Of a stretch of DNA of 64,000 nt, positions 26,688 to 40,116 are shown in pieces. This DNA comes from Octopus sinensis. Lineage: Eukaryota. Under the pieces are notes generated by a model. The model saw only the letters and a list, made by a program, of their open reading frames with translations, had not been told where the DNA came from and did not search any database. The stretch lies in NCBI RefSeq assembly GCF_006345805.1, contig NC_042999.1, positions 138,136,001-138,200,000 on the forward strand, read 5' to 3'. Positions within the stretch are counted from its first letter, which is position 1. The number at the start of each line of letters is the position of its first letter. The position numbers and the translations under genes were made by a program.

Positions 26688-27026
26688 CCTCGGTACTGCG
26701 GACCTTCCTTTGACGGATTTCTGAAGCAGCGGACAAAATCACGGCATATCAACAACACATCTTCACCATTCATGATAAGTCTGATATTAAATTTAAAATG
26801 TTGAATTTACTGTATTATAGTGTATATTTATAGCGAACAGATATTTTACACCGTCAAGTTTGGATAGTGTGGTTGATTAAATGTACAGTACTGTATTTAT
26901 TCCTCGGTCTTTCGTAATGTAATTGTTGATATTAGCCACTCGTAACGTACCGTACCCTAAGTGTCGGTACCTACGGACAATCGGCTCCATCGGACCGATG
27001 TTCCCTCGTTTTAGTCCGTAGTACCG

Positions 27027-27029
<3 letters not shown>
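26688..27029. mobile_element. MITE with 16-bp TIRs (possibly pogo/Tigger-type)
   Basis: cctcggtactgcggac (26688-26703) vs gtccgtagtaccgagg (27014-27029): 15/16 inverted match. Confidence 0.65.
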
Positions 27030-27074
<45 letters not shown>

Positions 27075-27217
27075 TGTATGTATGTATGTATATTATGTAT
27101 ATATATATATATATATAAACATTAATTATATATATATATACATATATATATAAATAATTATATATATATATACACACACACGCACATATGTGTATATATA
27201 TACATATATATATATAT

Positions 27218-27250
<33 letters not shown>

Positions 27251-27286
27251 TATATATATATATATAAATATATATAATATATATAC

Positions 27287-27318
<32 letters not shown>

Positions 27319-27321
27319 TAG

Positions 27322-27355
<34 letters not shown>

Positions 27356-27413
27356 ATATATATATAAATATATATAAACATTAATTATATATATATATAT
27401 ATATACACTAATT

Positions 27414-28180
27414 AGAGAACAAACATGAAATTCCAGTCAACAACTTTATATAACACCGCGCTTCCATACATTTGATCATATGTAAATATTACCATGACCT
27501 TCAACATATAAAAGGAATACATACACACTCAGAAGGTAAAAAAATATATAAGCACATAAAAATACAAATATATAGAACGGCCTATAAAGAAAAGGTATAT
27601 ACAATCGACTAAAAATACTTATTTTTAGTCGATTGTATATACCTTTTCTTGAAGGCGCATGGCTCAGTGGTTAGAGCGTCGACCTTACGATCGTCAGGTT
27701 GTGAGTTCGAATCCTGAACCGGGCTGCGTGTTGTGTTCTTGAGCAAGACACTGTATTTTTCATGTTATTCCAGTTCACTCAGCTGTGGAAATGAGTTGCG
27801 ACGTCACAGGTGCCAAGCTGTATCGGCCTTTGCCTTTCCCTTGGATTACATCAGTGGTGTGGAGAGGGGAGGCCGGTATGCATGGGCGACTGCTGGTCTT
27901 CCATAAACAACCTCGTCCGGACTTGTGCCTGGGAGGGTAACTTTTTAGGTGCAATCCCATGGTCAGTCATGACCGAAGGGGGTCTCAGCATATATACCTT
28001 TTCTTGATAGGCCGTTCTATATATTTGTATTTTTATGTGCATATATGTTTTTTACTTTCTGAATTTTTATATATATATTCCTTTTATATGTTGAAGGCCA
28101 TAGTAATATCTATATATGATCAAATGTATGGAAGCATGCTGTTATATAAAGTCGTTGACTCGCATTTGATATTTGTTCTC
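27414..28180. repeat. AT-rich fold-back palindrome interrupted by a SINE
   Basis: Centre gactaaaaata-ct-tatttttagtc at 27607-27630; arms match in inverted orientation out to gagaacaaa/tttgttctc. Confidence 0.8.
27653..27990 (+). mobile_element. tRNA-derived SINE with CORE-like box, family B
   Basis: A-box tggctcagtgg, B-box gttcgaatcc, tgttcttgagcaagacact; 17-bp TSD tatataccttttcttga at 27636-27652 and 27991-28007. Confidence 0.9.
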
Positions 28181-28307
28181 TGATCAATGCTTTTCTTTTC
28201 TTTTTATTTCCATCTCAATTTCATTTGAGCACTTCTTTTTTGCAGTCCTATAAACCCTTTTGTTTCCATAAAAAGCGGCAAAAATTATTTCTTGTCGTGT
28301 GTGTGTG

Positions 28308-28361
<54 letters not shown>

Positions 28362-28388
28362 ATAATATATATATATATATAATATATA

Positions 28389-28424
<36 letters not shown>

Positions 28425-28570
28425 TGTATGTATGTATGTATGTATGTGTGTATGTATGTATGTATGTATGTATATATAAATTAAATAATAAGGGTAGAAA
28501 TTGATATTAATCAATTAAAACCAGAGGCTTAGCATATTTAAAAAATCCGAGGATTAAAAATTATGTTACA

Positions 28571-28693
28571 TACAAAATTAAGAGGAATGACCACTAAAGT
28601 GGACACCTAATATGCTAAACATAGACGAATGGCGATTTGACGTCTTTGTTTAACATATTAGGGGCCCACTTTAGTATTCATTTCTCTTAATTT

Positions 28694-28697
<4 letters not shown>
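28571..28697. repeat. Imperfect ~57-bp inverted repeat (hairpin)
   Basis: tacaaaattaagaggaatgaccactaaagtggacacctaatatgctaaacatagacg pairs with 28641-28697. Confidence 0.75.
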
Positions 28698-28729
<32 letters not shown>

Positions 28730-29660
28730 CCGATTTATTTATCTATCTATTCACCTAACTATATATTGTTATCGAACTAGCTAGCTAGCAATATAACAAA
28801 GAAACAACTAAGCAAGCAATCAAACAAACACACCGACAAACCAGCAAGTAAGAAAACTAGCAAGCAAATAAATAGTGTGAGTGATAATCAGCAGCCTTGG
28901 AAATCATTGGCAGCTAACTTCAGCTGCGGATTGAGCGTAGTATGCCTGTATACTATTGTGCATTGAATTCAGAATCCAAGAACCCACTGTTTCAAGTTTT
29001 CATTCATTAATCATGTCACGACGCTAGTCGTCTGCTACAAGCAGTTCTAGTGCCTTTGTTCTGGTCATAATCGGAAGGAATAAAGTTCATTGCCCATTAA
29101 GCTTTTGCTTGCCTGAATTATGAATGGAGGAGAAACAAAAAAACTGTATGACTGTATGACGTTCCAGATCATATGACTATTCAGATTTCAAGCTCATAAT
29201 ATGAATGACAGAATAAAAGCGTTACTGGCTGATTTTTATCAATCGCTTTTACCCTGGTTCCGCTAAGATGAATGTAATTCTCTAGTTTCTGAAAGATATC
29301 CGTTAATATTTCAGTTTAAATCATTCATACCATTTTTTTTTCTTGTTCTTCATTGTTCATGCATTGTTTAAACCAGTGAAGGCAAACGTAGCAGCAAAAA
29401 TATTGTCTTAAGCATGGCTTTTCTATCCGTCCATTTGGTAAATCTATGCATTACACTCACATGGACGCACGTATACATATGCGCGCACATGCACGCACAT
29501 ACACACGCACACGTGCGCACACAGATATATGTATATATATCGATATACATATGCGCGTGTTTGTGCGTTGCGCGCGTACGCATCTTAACTTGGTATAATT
29601 GTTCTAAAAATATGGTTCAGATGATATTTATTCATTGTATTACGTGACATATACATATGG

Positions 29661-29716
<56 letters not shown>

Positions 29717-29965
29717 TGTACAAAGGCATACTCATATATACATATATGTGATTGTGTGTGTATGCGTGTGTGTGCATGCATGTATTTATAATTATTAAGT
29801 TTTACTAGGAGAAAACTATGCGCGTGAATGCATGTATTTATGCATATATATACACACGAACTCGCACGCACGCACACATGCACATTATCTCGTCTGTTTG
29901 TCTATAGAACACTGCAGTTCCAATATATCCTTACCTAATTTAAGATGGTAGGATGTGATTTTAAC

Positions 29966-30362
29966 AAGGCGGCGAGCTGGCAGAATCGTTAGCACGCCGG
30001 GCAAAATGCTTAGCGGTATTTCTTCTGCCGCTACGTTCTGAGTTCAAATTCCGCCGAGGTCGACTTTGCCTTTCATCCTTTCGGGGTCGATTAAATAAGT
30101 ACCAGTTACGCACTGGGGTCGAGGTAATCGACTTAATCCGTTTGTCTGTCCTTGTTTGTCCCCTCTGTGTTTAGCCCCTTGTGGGTAGTAAAGAAATAGC
30201 TATTTCGTCTGCCGCTACGTTCTGAGTTCAAATTCAACCGAGGTCGACTTTGCCTTTCATCCTTTCAGGATCGATAAATTAAGTACCAGTTACGTACTGG
30301 GGTCGATCTAATCGACTGGCTCCCTCCCCCAAATTTCGGGCCTTGTGCCTAGAGTAGAAGAG
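29966..30362 (+). mobile_element. SINE family A, dimeric form
   Basis: aaggcggcgagctggcagaatcgttagcacgccgggc...; tail cttgtgcctagagtagaag. Confidence 0.9.
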
Positions 30363-30627
30363 GCTGTGATTTGGAGAAAATTTTGCTGCTATAACGATCA
30401 GAATTCTTCCCTCTTTGGTTTCAATTCAGTTTTTGCTGTGTCGTGTAGCGGCTGATCAACCGTAGTCGAAAAATAATGATCAAATGCGTTCCAGTCGTGA
30501 CAATCCCCGTCTTCAATACAACATTCACATCATCCATAGAACTACGTGGCTGAGAAGCACTCTTCTTAACCGTATAGTCATGCTAACATGCGCATATATA
30601 TATATATATATATATAGATATATATAT

Positions 30628-30690
<63 letters not shown>

Positions 30691-30714
30691 TATATATATA
30701 TATATATATATATA

Positions 30715-30835
30715 TATTCTTTTATTCTTTTGCTTATTTCAGTCCTTTGACTGCGGCCATGCTGGATCACGGCCTTGAAGAGTTTTAGTTGAACAAATCG
30801 ACCCTAGAACTTATTTTTTAGGCTTATTACTTATT
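30715..30835 (-). mobile_element. SINE family C, 3' fragment
   Basis: ttcagtc.tttgactgcggccatgctgga..ac.gcc...aaatcgaccc matches 56445-56500. Confidence 0.7.
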
Positions 30836-31174
30836 AATCAACGCTACACGTGTTTCAGCGCTGGTGATTTGTTTTACCAGGCTATACCTAATACATAAAT
30901 CCACCGGTGCATCCTCAGACTTGATTAATGTTATCTTCTTTCCCCACAGACTAATAACAGGTAAGGTATATATATTTTTTAAAAACATGTTTAAATAATT
31001 TATAATTAATTCTAATGTATTTTATTATTATTGTATGTTATAGTAGGCTTTAAAATGCTTATATTATTAGATTAATATTTTGGATATAATTTTCTATGTA
31101 TACTCCAGTAAATAAGGTTGTCCTGAAATTGAAGTTGTGGTCCTATTGGTAAAATTCTAAATTTGTAATAATAA

Positions 31175-31301
<127 letters not shown>

Positions 31302-31414
31302 TGTGTGTGTTGTGTGTGTGTGTGTGTGTGTGGTGTATGTATATATGCATATGTATGTATATATATGTATATATACATATATAGATATATGTATGTACAC
31401 ACACACACACACAC

Positions 31415-31973
<559 letters not shown>

Positions 31974-32099
31974 ACATACATGTATACATATATGTATATA
32001 TATATATGTATATATGCTGTGCCGCTGCTATGTTCTGTACAGCCTTGTAGATATCGTATCTCTTCCAAAAGTCACGAAGTGGGATGAAAATTAGTTGCA

Positions 32100-32490
32100 G
32101 CTATTGCTTGTCGCAGCGTACGCTTCATATAGTAACGCTTGAAGATAGCAGTTATTCCCTGACCTGCAGAAGTGACGTGATGTTCGGAGATGTACGATAG
32201 TAACGTTGGGGTCACTACACTACTTTATGGTGTGTGTCTTAACATTTCCTGTTTGTATTTTAATATGATTTTATATGCTTTTATTCCTATTTATCGTACA
32301 GTAGCATGATTTTATGTGCTTTTAACGGTTTTCTAGTGATTTTACGATTCCAATATTTGTGGTGGACAGACATGAAGTCGAATAAATTGACTTAACTCGA
32401 TTTTTATTTTTCAATATATTATTTATGAAAACTGACGTATAATCGAGAACGACTTAAATCGAAACGACTTAATCCGAGGTATGCCTGTAT
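32100..32490. mobile_element. Tigger/pogo-like non-autonomous end fragment
   Basis: Ends cgacttaatccgaggtatgcctg-TA (reverse of CAGGCATACCTCGG-type TIR) at ~32467-32489; no partner TIR seen. Confidence 0.4.
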
Positions 32491-32989
32491 ATATATATAT
32501 ATATATCGTCTGAGGAAACACAACTAGATCTCATAATACATGAAAAGGTTACATAACCAAACACCTGCGAGCCTGGAGAACTCCGTTGCATGGAAACAAT
32601 TGTAATAATTACAAATAGATGTCCAACTTGTTGACTCCAACTTATTCAATTATATGTGTGTATGTATCGGTAAAAAGATAAAGAATAAATCCATTTCAAT
32701 CTACATTGCCTATAATCATTTCTTAACCGGGATTATCTAGACTCCTAGAGATCCTCGAGAGGTTGCTGGTAATTCCGTAAGAAATAGTGATAAATGCAAA
32801 TGCATTTTTGTTTCGTTTATCATGTTTACTTCGCTATTCGTAAACATGCATAGCATATTTTCTAAGAAAATGAGATCGAGATGTCTGTACATAGTAAGGT
32901 AGCCTCGCCGGTTAAACGATTTTTTAATAAAGAATTATAGGGAAATTTTATCCAAAGAATGTTTTCGTTAAAACGAAATATCTTAAACC

Positions 32990-33718
32990 TGAGGGATGAC
33001 AGACGATTGACTATAAATCAAATAGCTAATCCTGTTAGCATATCCAGTGAGAGAGTTGAGAATACACAATGAACTTGAAACGACGAAGGTTTCTGCTTGG
33101 CGGGTGCCACGTCTTCTGACACCTAATTAAAAGCGCACCAGGACGATCGCATCACGAGAAAGTATGATTTTGTTTGAGACAGATCCAACTAATTTTCTTG
33201 TATGTTTCCTAACCCAAGATGAGTGTTGAGACAGAGACAGAGACAATCCAAGCAGTGAAAACACGCCTCCTCATCTGCTTCAAAGGCCAAGATCGTTTCA
33301 AGGGAAGATGATAGCACCTGGTTTGGTCATGCCAAATGCATTGTTTCTTGACTATCTTCAAAAAGGCCACGTCATCAATGGAAAGTACTATGCCAACCTA
33401 CTGAGGCAATTACGAAAGGCTATCAAGACCAAACGCCCAGGAAAACTGCCGAAAAAGGTATTTTTTTCGCCAGGACAACGCTTCAGCATACAAATCCTTG
33501 GTTTCAATGGTTGCTGTGCGTAACTGTGGCTATGAACTGGTTGACCACACTCCCTGTTCTCCTGACTATCATCTGTTCTCCAACATGAAAAAACACCAAG
33601 AGACTGAAAAGGATTCAAACACTGCAACACCGATAGAAGAAGTGTGTGGATCGCATTTGGTCACATTCCATGAGTGTATCTTGGTCAGCTTATGAACTTT
33701 TCTACCAACCCTCGAATA
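32990..33718 (+). mobile_element. mariner transposon fragment, decayed
   Basis: DDRRLTINQIA, RVPRLLT (WVP-like), DYLQKGHVINGKYYANLL, QDNA, SPDYHLF; 3' TIR tatgaacttttctaccaaccctcgaata. Confidence 0.85.
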
Positions 33719-33840
33719 TACGAAATTTTTGACGTATTTTCAACTTTTTCTCAGTTTATTGGTTTGCATTTTTCCTATAAATATATATATATATATAATA
33801 TATATATACACAGTATATATACATTTATGTATATATATAT

Positions 33841-33937
<97 letters not shown>

Positions 33938-34200
33938 CACGCTGGAGTTGAACTAGGGACAGCTGATGAAGGGGATTTTTCCTTGTGTAGTTTGTCTTGT
34001 ACTCTGTTTTTCGTTGTAAAAAAATAGTCTGTTCCATGCTTGTTTTTCCGTTTTCGTTTCTCGTTGAGTTCTACGTCTATTTGTGGTGTCCTGTACTCAC
34101 GTATTTATATTTATGTATGCATGTATATATGCATGTAGATGTAGGTACGTACATATATGTATGTATGTATGCATATATCTTATTTATTACACTATTATAT

Positions 34201-34252
<52 letters not shown>

Positions 34253-34558
34253 ATATATATATAATATATATATATATCTATATATATATGTGCGTGTATC
34301 TGTATTTACATATAAATATATATATGCATGTGAGTGTGTGTGCACATTTGTCTCTGTATCATAGCGTAAGTATTGTAAAGTATATATAATGTATATTTAC
34401 AATTTAAGCATTATTTGATATAGAACGCAAGTCGCCGGGTAGATTAGACAAAGGTGTATTTTATTTAACAAAGAAAAAATTTGTCGCAGCCAAGAGCGAA
34501 ACTCGAGTGCGTTTGCTTGCTTGCGTGTTTGTGTGTGTGTGTGTGTTTGTGTGCGTCT

Positions 34559-34596
<38 letters not shown>

Positions 34597-34849
34597 AGAG
34601 TGTATATGAATAAAGAGTAGATCAAGAGCGTGAGAGACTACGCATGCGTACACGACTTGTGCGTGCATGCTGCATCTGACTGACTGTATTCGTGCATGTT
34701 TTGTATTTGTGAAAGGCAAAATGCGTTCAAATATTGATTGTTCTCTCGCTGTGTCTCCGAGACCATTCAGTAAATGTACGTGTGGCGCGAAGTGCTTGGC
34801 TGAAAGGGATAGTAGAGGAGTCGGTAGGGGAAGTTGGTAGGAGGGGGTA

Positions 34850-35969
34850 ATTCGGTGGTGACGGTGACGTGGTGGTGATGGTGGTTGTCTGTCTGTCTGT
34901 CTGTCTGTCTCTTTTCTTGCTCTCTCATTTATCTATCAGTCTATCTATTTCGATTTCAGCTGTCACCTATCTGGGCTTTGATCCCGTATCACCCCTCCCC
35001 CATCCATCACCTCCATCACCTCTTTTTGCCTGAATGAAAGTAACGACAGCAGGAACAGCAACAACACCAACAACAACAATAACAGCGTGGTTGGCCATGA
35101 CAATGACATGAAGAATGTTAATAACAACGAGGACATCGAGAGCAGTCGCAGCAGCGTAGTAACGTCACCACCACCACCACCACCACCACCAAACAACAAC
35201 AACAACAGTAAATAATAATAATAATAATAATAATAATGGCAACAACAACAACAACAGCGACAGTAACAAACGTCCACAATAATGACAATGTCCACAAGCA
35301 AGAACAAAGAAAAACAAAAAAACAATATAAGTTAACATTAACTGTAGCAGCAGTAGCAGCCGCAGCAGCAGCAACAACAACAACAACAACAACATCAGCG
35401 ACAACAACGTCGTTATTAAAACTTCAATGAGAATTGATTTTGAACAATGGAGCATGTTATAGAAATGGCAGACGAAAGGAAGGGTGGAGGAAATGGCGTC
35501 AGTGCTGGTGGTGGTGATGATGAGGATGAGGAAGAGGAAGAAGGTTAGGGTTAGTAGGGAAACTGATGGGGCTGCATTTTAATTGTGCAGTCATAGGGGG
35601 TAGGAGCAGTGTAATTAAGATGGCGGCAAAGACGGTAGTGGTTATGGTGGTGCTGCTGATGGTATCGGCGGCGGTGGTGGTAGAAATCGTAGTGGTAGTA
35701 TGATATGGCAGTAGTAGTAGTAGTGGTGGTGGTAGTGTGATAATGATGCGATAGTGGTTTTGGTGTGGTACCTGCAGTAGTGCCTTGGTAGTAGTATGTC
35801 AGGGGAAATGATGATAACAATATAGTGGTGGAGGTGGTAGTAGTGATGATAATAGCAGTGGTGTTGGCGTAGGGTGATTGGGGTGGTAGGGGCAATGGTT
35901 ATAGTCTGGAAGTGTTTTGACATAAGAGGTAGAAAAAAGACAATGATAGCTGTGCTCGATAGTAGTAGT

Positions 35970-36001
<32 letters not shown>

Positions 36002-36290
36002 TAGTAGTAGGAGGAGGAGGAGGAGTAATAGTAGTAGTAAGGATAGTAGTGGTGATATCAGTAGTAATAGTAGCAGTAGCGATCCTAATTTATGGTGGTA
36101 GTGGTGATATCTGTAGTAGTAGTAATAGTAGTAGTAGTAGTAACAAGGAATATTGAGGTATAGACAGTAGCGGTTGAGGTAGTAGTGATAGTAGTATACC
36201 GATAGTTGTATAGGTAGTTTGGCGGTAGTAATGATGGTGGCAGTGGTTGTTGTTGTTGTGATGGTGGTAGTGGTTACCTTCTTTTCAGTC
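34850..36290. repeat. Mosaic of trinucleotide microsatellites (CAA/CAG/CAC/TAA/GTA/GTG)
   Basis: Direct reading; generates spurious homopolymer ORFs. Confidence 0.9.
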
Positions 36291-36429
36291 AGCCTCCATT
36301 GGGAAGACTTATGACGAAAGGCGAGACAACCCAACTGTGACTCTCCGGTTCATTTCAATGCAGACTTGGTGTCTAGAATTGTCATGGGTAAACTGCAGTT
36401 TGCTGGACTAGCGAAAAATTACCTTGAAT

Positions 36430-36588
36430 AAGGGACGGACTGAACCGTCGTTCAATCGGACACTGCCCGAGGGCCTGGGGCTCTGAGGGGTCCCACACTC
36501 TACATGTTAACTCTACTAAAACACACATTCAAAGGGGCCCGGTAAACAGTTATGCCCGAGGGCCCTTAATACTCTCAGTCCGCCCCTG
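36430..36588. mobile_element. hAT-type MITE (159 bp)
   Basis: TIRs aagggacggactga / tcagtccgcccctg; 8-bp TSD ccttgaat (36422-36429) / ccttgagt (36589-36596). Confidence 0.8.
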
Positions 36589-38299
36589 CCTTGAGTATTT
36601 TTTTAGTAGTGCCGCTGGCCTCATGATGAACCATGTCTCATGCGATCCATTTTCGAAAAAGGTTGCCCATTCCTGATCTACATGCACAATGAACAAAGGA
36701 AGTAAAGACTTAAACGACCATCTTAGAATTCAGACACAGTCAATGGAATCAAATTATTTGACGCCGATAATGATGATGATGATGAATGCATCTCTGTTTA
36801 TACGCGGTTGGGATTGAGTTTGGGCAAATTTGGGTTACTCTTTATAGCATATGGGGCAACCACGTAGAAGCTTCCGGTGAGAATGATAGCGAAGGAGGGT
36901 GAAGGAGTGACAGTATTTTTTATTAAAAAATTTTTCGGGGCCTTTGATTATGCAAATAGTAGTAGTAGTGGAGATGGTAGTAGTAGTACTAGTAGTGGAG
37001 GTGATGGTAGAGTAGTGGTTGTGGTCGTAGTAGAGGAGGGGGAGGTGGTGGTGGTGGTGAATATGGAAGAGTGAAGAGGTAGATTTGACGAGACGAACGG
37101 TAGCTGAAAGAAGGGGGAAGTGACGAAGGGGAACAAAGGTGAGAAATGAAGGAGCAAAAGAGGAAAAGAGAGGGAGAGAGAGAAAGACAGGGAGAGAGGA
37201 GGGAACAGAAAAGCAATTGGATGCACATGTATGTATTAATGTGCCTTGTGCGTGCATATGCGTGTAAATATGTGTGTGTGTGTGTGTGTGTGTGCGTGTG
37301 TGCGTGTGCGTGCGTGTGTGTGTGTGCGTGTGTGCGTGTGCGTGCGTGTGTGTGTGAGTAGTTACTGAGCTGAGTCAGCAGATATAATTTGTATGAATGA
37401 CTTCCTTGATCTGACTAAATGAATGACTGGATGTCTGAATATCTGACTGAATGAGCGAATGAATGAATGAATGTGCTGATGAATGATTGAAATAATTGGA
37501 TGAATGAATAAACGAACGAATGGCAAGCGGGCACGCAGGCAGAGAGAGAGAGAGAAAGGAAGAGAGAGAGAAGGAGAAGGGAGGCAGGCATCATTCGATC
37601 GATATATGTATATGCAGCTTCACAGTGTCTTTGTCATTCATGTAAGAGCCACTTCACCAGCCGTTGTCCCTGAGAGTAAACCTTATGGAACAAATGCATT
37701 CCATTCTTTATGGCTTTTATCGATTCAGATACACACACATGCACACGTGTTAATTAACCTACCATATTATATTACTTTCATATATATCTGTATGCACGCT
37801 TATGAGTATGTGTGTGGTTGTGTATGTCAGTGTGTATGTATGAATGCATATATAAATGTGTATGTAGGCGCATATTTATTTTCCATTATTTCAACAGAAC
37901 CCTTGAACATTTTCTCGTTTGTTAACTGAAAATGCCCCCACCAAGAAGAAAAAAAATCACTACTTAGAATCAATAAAAAATGCACCGACATACATACAGA
38001 CATACGTTCATAGATATACATACACGCTCTCTTTTTTTTTCTTCGTAAACTCCACCGTTGTTTCTTTGTTTTCACATATTTTTTATATCTATTATTATTG
38101 TAAATTATATTTTATATATACTTTATTATCATTACAACTCTGACAGAGCAGTTTTACAGCCATGTGGTTTGAGTAAAGTGTTGTAAGTAGTATAATGGCC
38201 AATTGAAATTCGTGCGTGCGTCTGTCCTCCTGTCTTCCTCTTCATGTTACAGAATTGGAAAGAGACTTCCACCTACAGTTTGCTGAGTTCTTAAAAAAA

Positions 38300-38776
38300 A
38301 ACACACACACATACGAACGCGCGCACACTCACACAGACATACTCACACGCGAGCACGCACACACACGCGCGCACGCACACACACGCGCGCACGCACACAC
38401 ACGCGCGCACGCACACACACGCGCGCACGCACACACACGCGCGCACGCACACACACGCGCGCACGCACACACACGCGCGCACGCACACACACACGCGCGC
38501 ACGCACACACGCGCGCACGCACACACACGCGCGCACGCACACACACGCGCGCACGCACACACACGCGCGCACGCACACACACGCGCGCACGCACACACAC
38601 GCGCGCACGCACACACACGCGCGCACGCACACACACGCGCGCACGCACACACACGCGCGCACGCACACACACGCGCGCGCACAAACACGCGCGCGCACAC
38701 ACACACACAAACACACATACGCGCGCGAGCGCCCACACGCACGCACGCACGCGCCCACACGCACGCACGCACGCAC
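38300..38776. repeat. 18-bp minisatellite (acacgcgcgcacgcacac)n, alternating purine-pyrimidine
   Basis: Direct reading; explains the RAHAHT/CARV repeat ORFs. Confidence 0.95.
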
Positions 38777-39715
38777 TTCACTGCTGGACGATTTCTGCTA
38801 CTGATATACTGTCCTTTTTAGCACTATACGTTCTATACAAGATGCTTTCTCGTGACGAACACCACAGTTGTGTGGCTTACTACAGAGTATCCTCGTTAAA
38901 TGAGATAAGTCGAATCATATGTGTGTGTATGTATGTGCGTGCGTGTGCGTGCGTTTATTTCCATATATATGTATATGTGTGTGCGTGTGTGTGCGCGCAC
39001 ACACACACATATACATACATACATGCATACATACATACATACATACATACATACATACATACATACATAGAAAGAGAGAGAAAGAAAGAGTCAACAGATG
39101 AGACCCAGGGCTGCTCAATATAGAAAACACATCGTGGCACTCAAATGATTTGAACTTACACACCGAAATCTTTAACGAGGACTAAGTAGCAGGGTAAAGT
39201 GTAGCTATAAGAGGAATCCAGGCGAGCATATATGGAGATAATGATGCAAATAAACAATTCAACCGTTTGAGCTAGATATATGCTTCCAGTCGTATGGAAG
39301 CATATAAACATCAGTAGATCCAACATCTGTCTTTTGGATGAAGAGATGGTTAGATACTTATGGCTGCATATTCTTGACCTTTTGTGAACTACATCTACCA
39401 ACGTTATGAAGTAATTCCTAGCCCCCAGACACAGCTGTCAGACCTGAAACATCATACGTTCCCCTTAATTTTCTGTCTTTGTATTTTGTGTGAGTTTTTT
39501 TTTGTTTTTTTTTTCTGTTTATATATAAATATCTACATATTAACATAAGGGGGATCAGTCATCTGAATGTGGCTAGGGTCAGGGCGGGGTGGTGGGGGTG
39601 TTACTGATGCATTTAGCCCCAGGCGAACATCAACGTCACCAGAAGAGCTGACACCATCTCGGTGTCCTTGCCAGCTTGCAAAGGGAGATCAGCCTCCCCG
39701 AAGATACGGATACTA

Positions 39716-39758
39716 CACACGGACCGGTTTCGAGGTTATTGCCTCTTGTCAACGTATG
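39716..39758 (-). ncRNA. Type I hammerhead ribozyme, U3-A8 core variant
   Basis: catacg-TTGACAA-gagg-caataa-cctc-GAAAC-cg-GTC-cgtgtg; predicted cleavage between 39722 and 39721. Confidence 0.75.
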
Positions 39759-40073
39759 GTAAGCACCGCTCCTCGTTGAGGGACTCTCTCTACAGGCTGG
39801 ATATATAGATTTTCACAGTAACCACAGTCACTGGCGTAGAAAATCCGTTCGAAAACAATAACAAATCTCTGAGCGAGATATAAACAGTAACTGCTCTATA
39901 ACATAAGGGGGATCAGCCATCTGAATGTGGCTAGGGTCAAGGCGGGGTGGTGGGGGTGTTACTGATGCATTTAGCCTCAGGCGAACATCAACGTCACCAG
40001 AAGAGCTGACACCATCTCGGTGTTCTTGCCAGCTTGCAAAGGGAGATCAGCCTCCCCGAAGAGCGGTGCTTAC

Positions 40074-40116
40074 CATACGTTGACAAGAGGCAATAACCTC
40101 GAAACCGGTCCGTGTG
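40074..40116 (+). ncRNA. Type I hammerhead ribozyme, U3-A8 core variant (inverted arm)
   Basis: Identical motif on the plus strand; predicted cleavage after 40110. Confidence 0.75.

Noticed and set aside
27653-27730. tRNA genes at SINE heads (also 40388, 52890, 10933)
   Set aside because: A and B boxes are present, but there is no proper acceptor stem and they continue into SINE bodies or repeats.
33950-34100. ggacagCTGATGAagggg hammerhead-like start
   Set aside because: No GAAA after the putative stem II; at best a decayed pLTR remnant.
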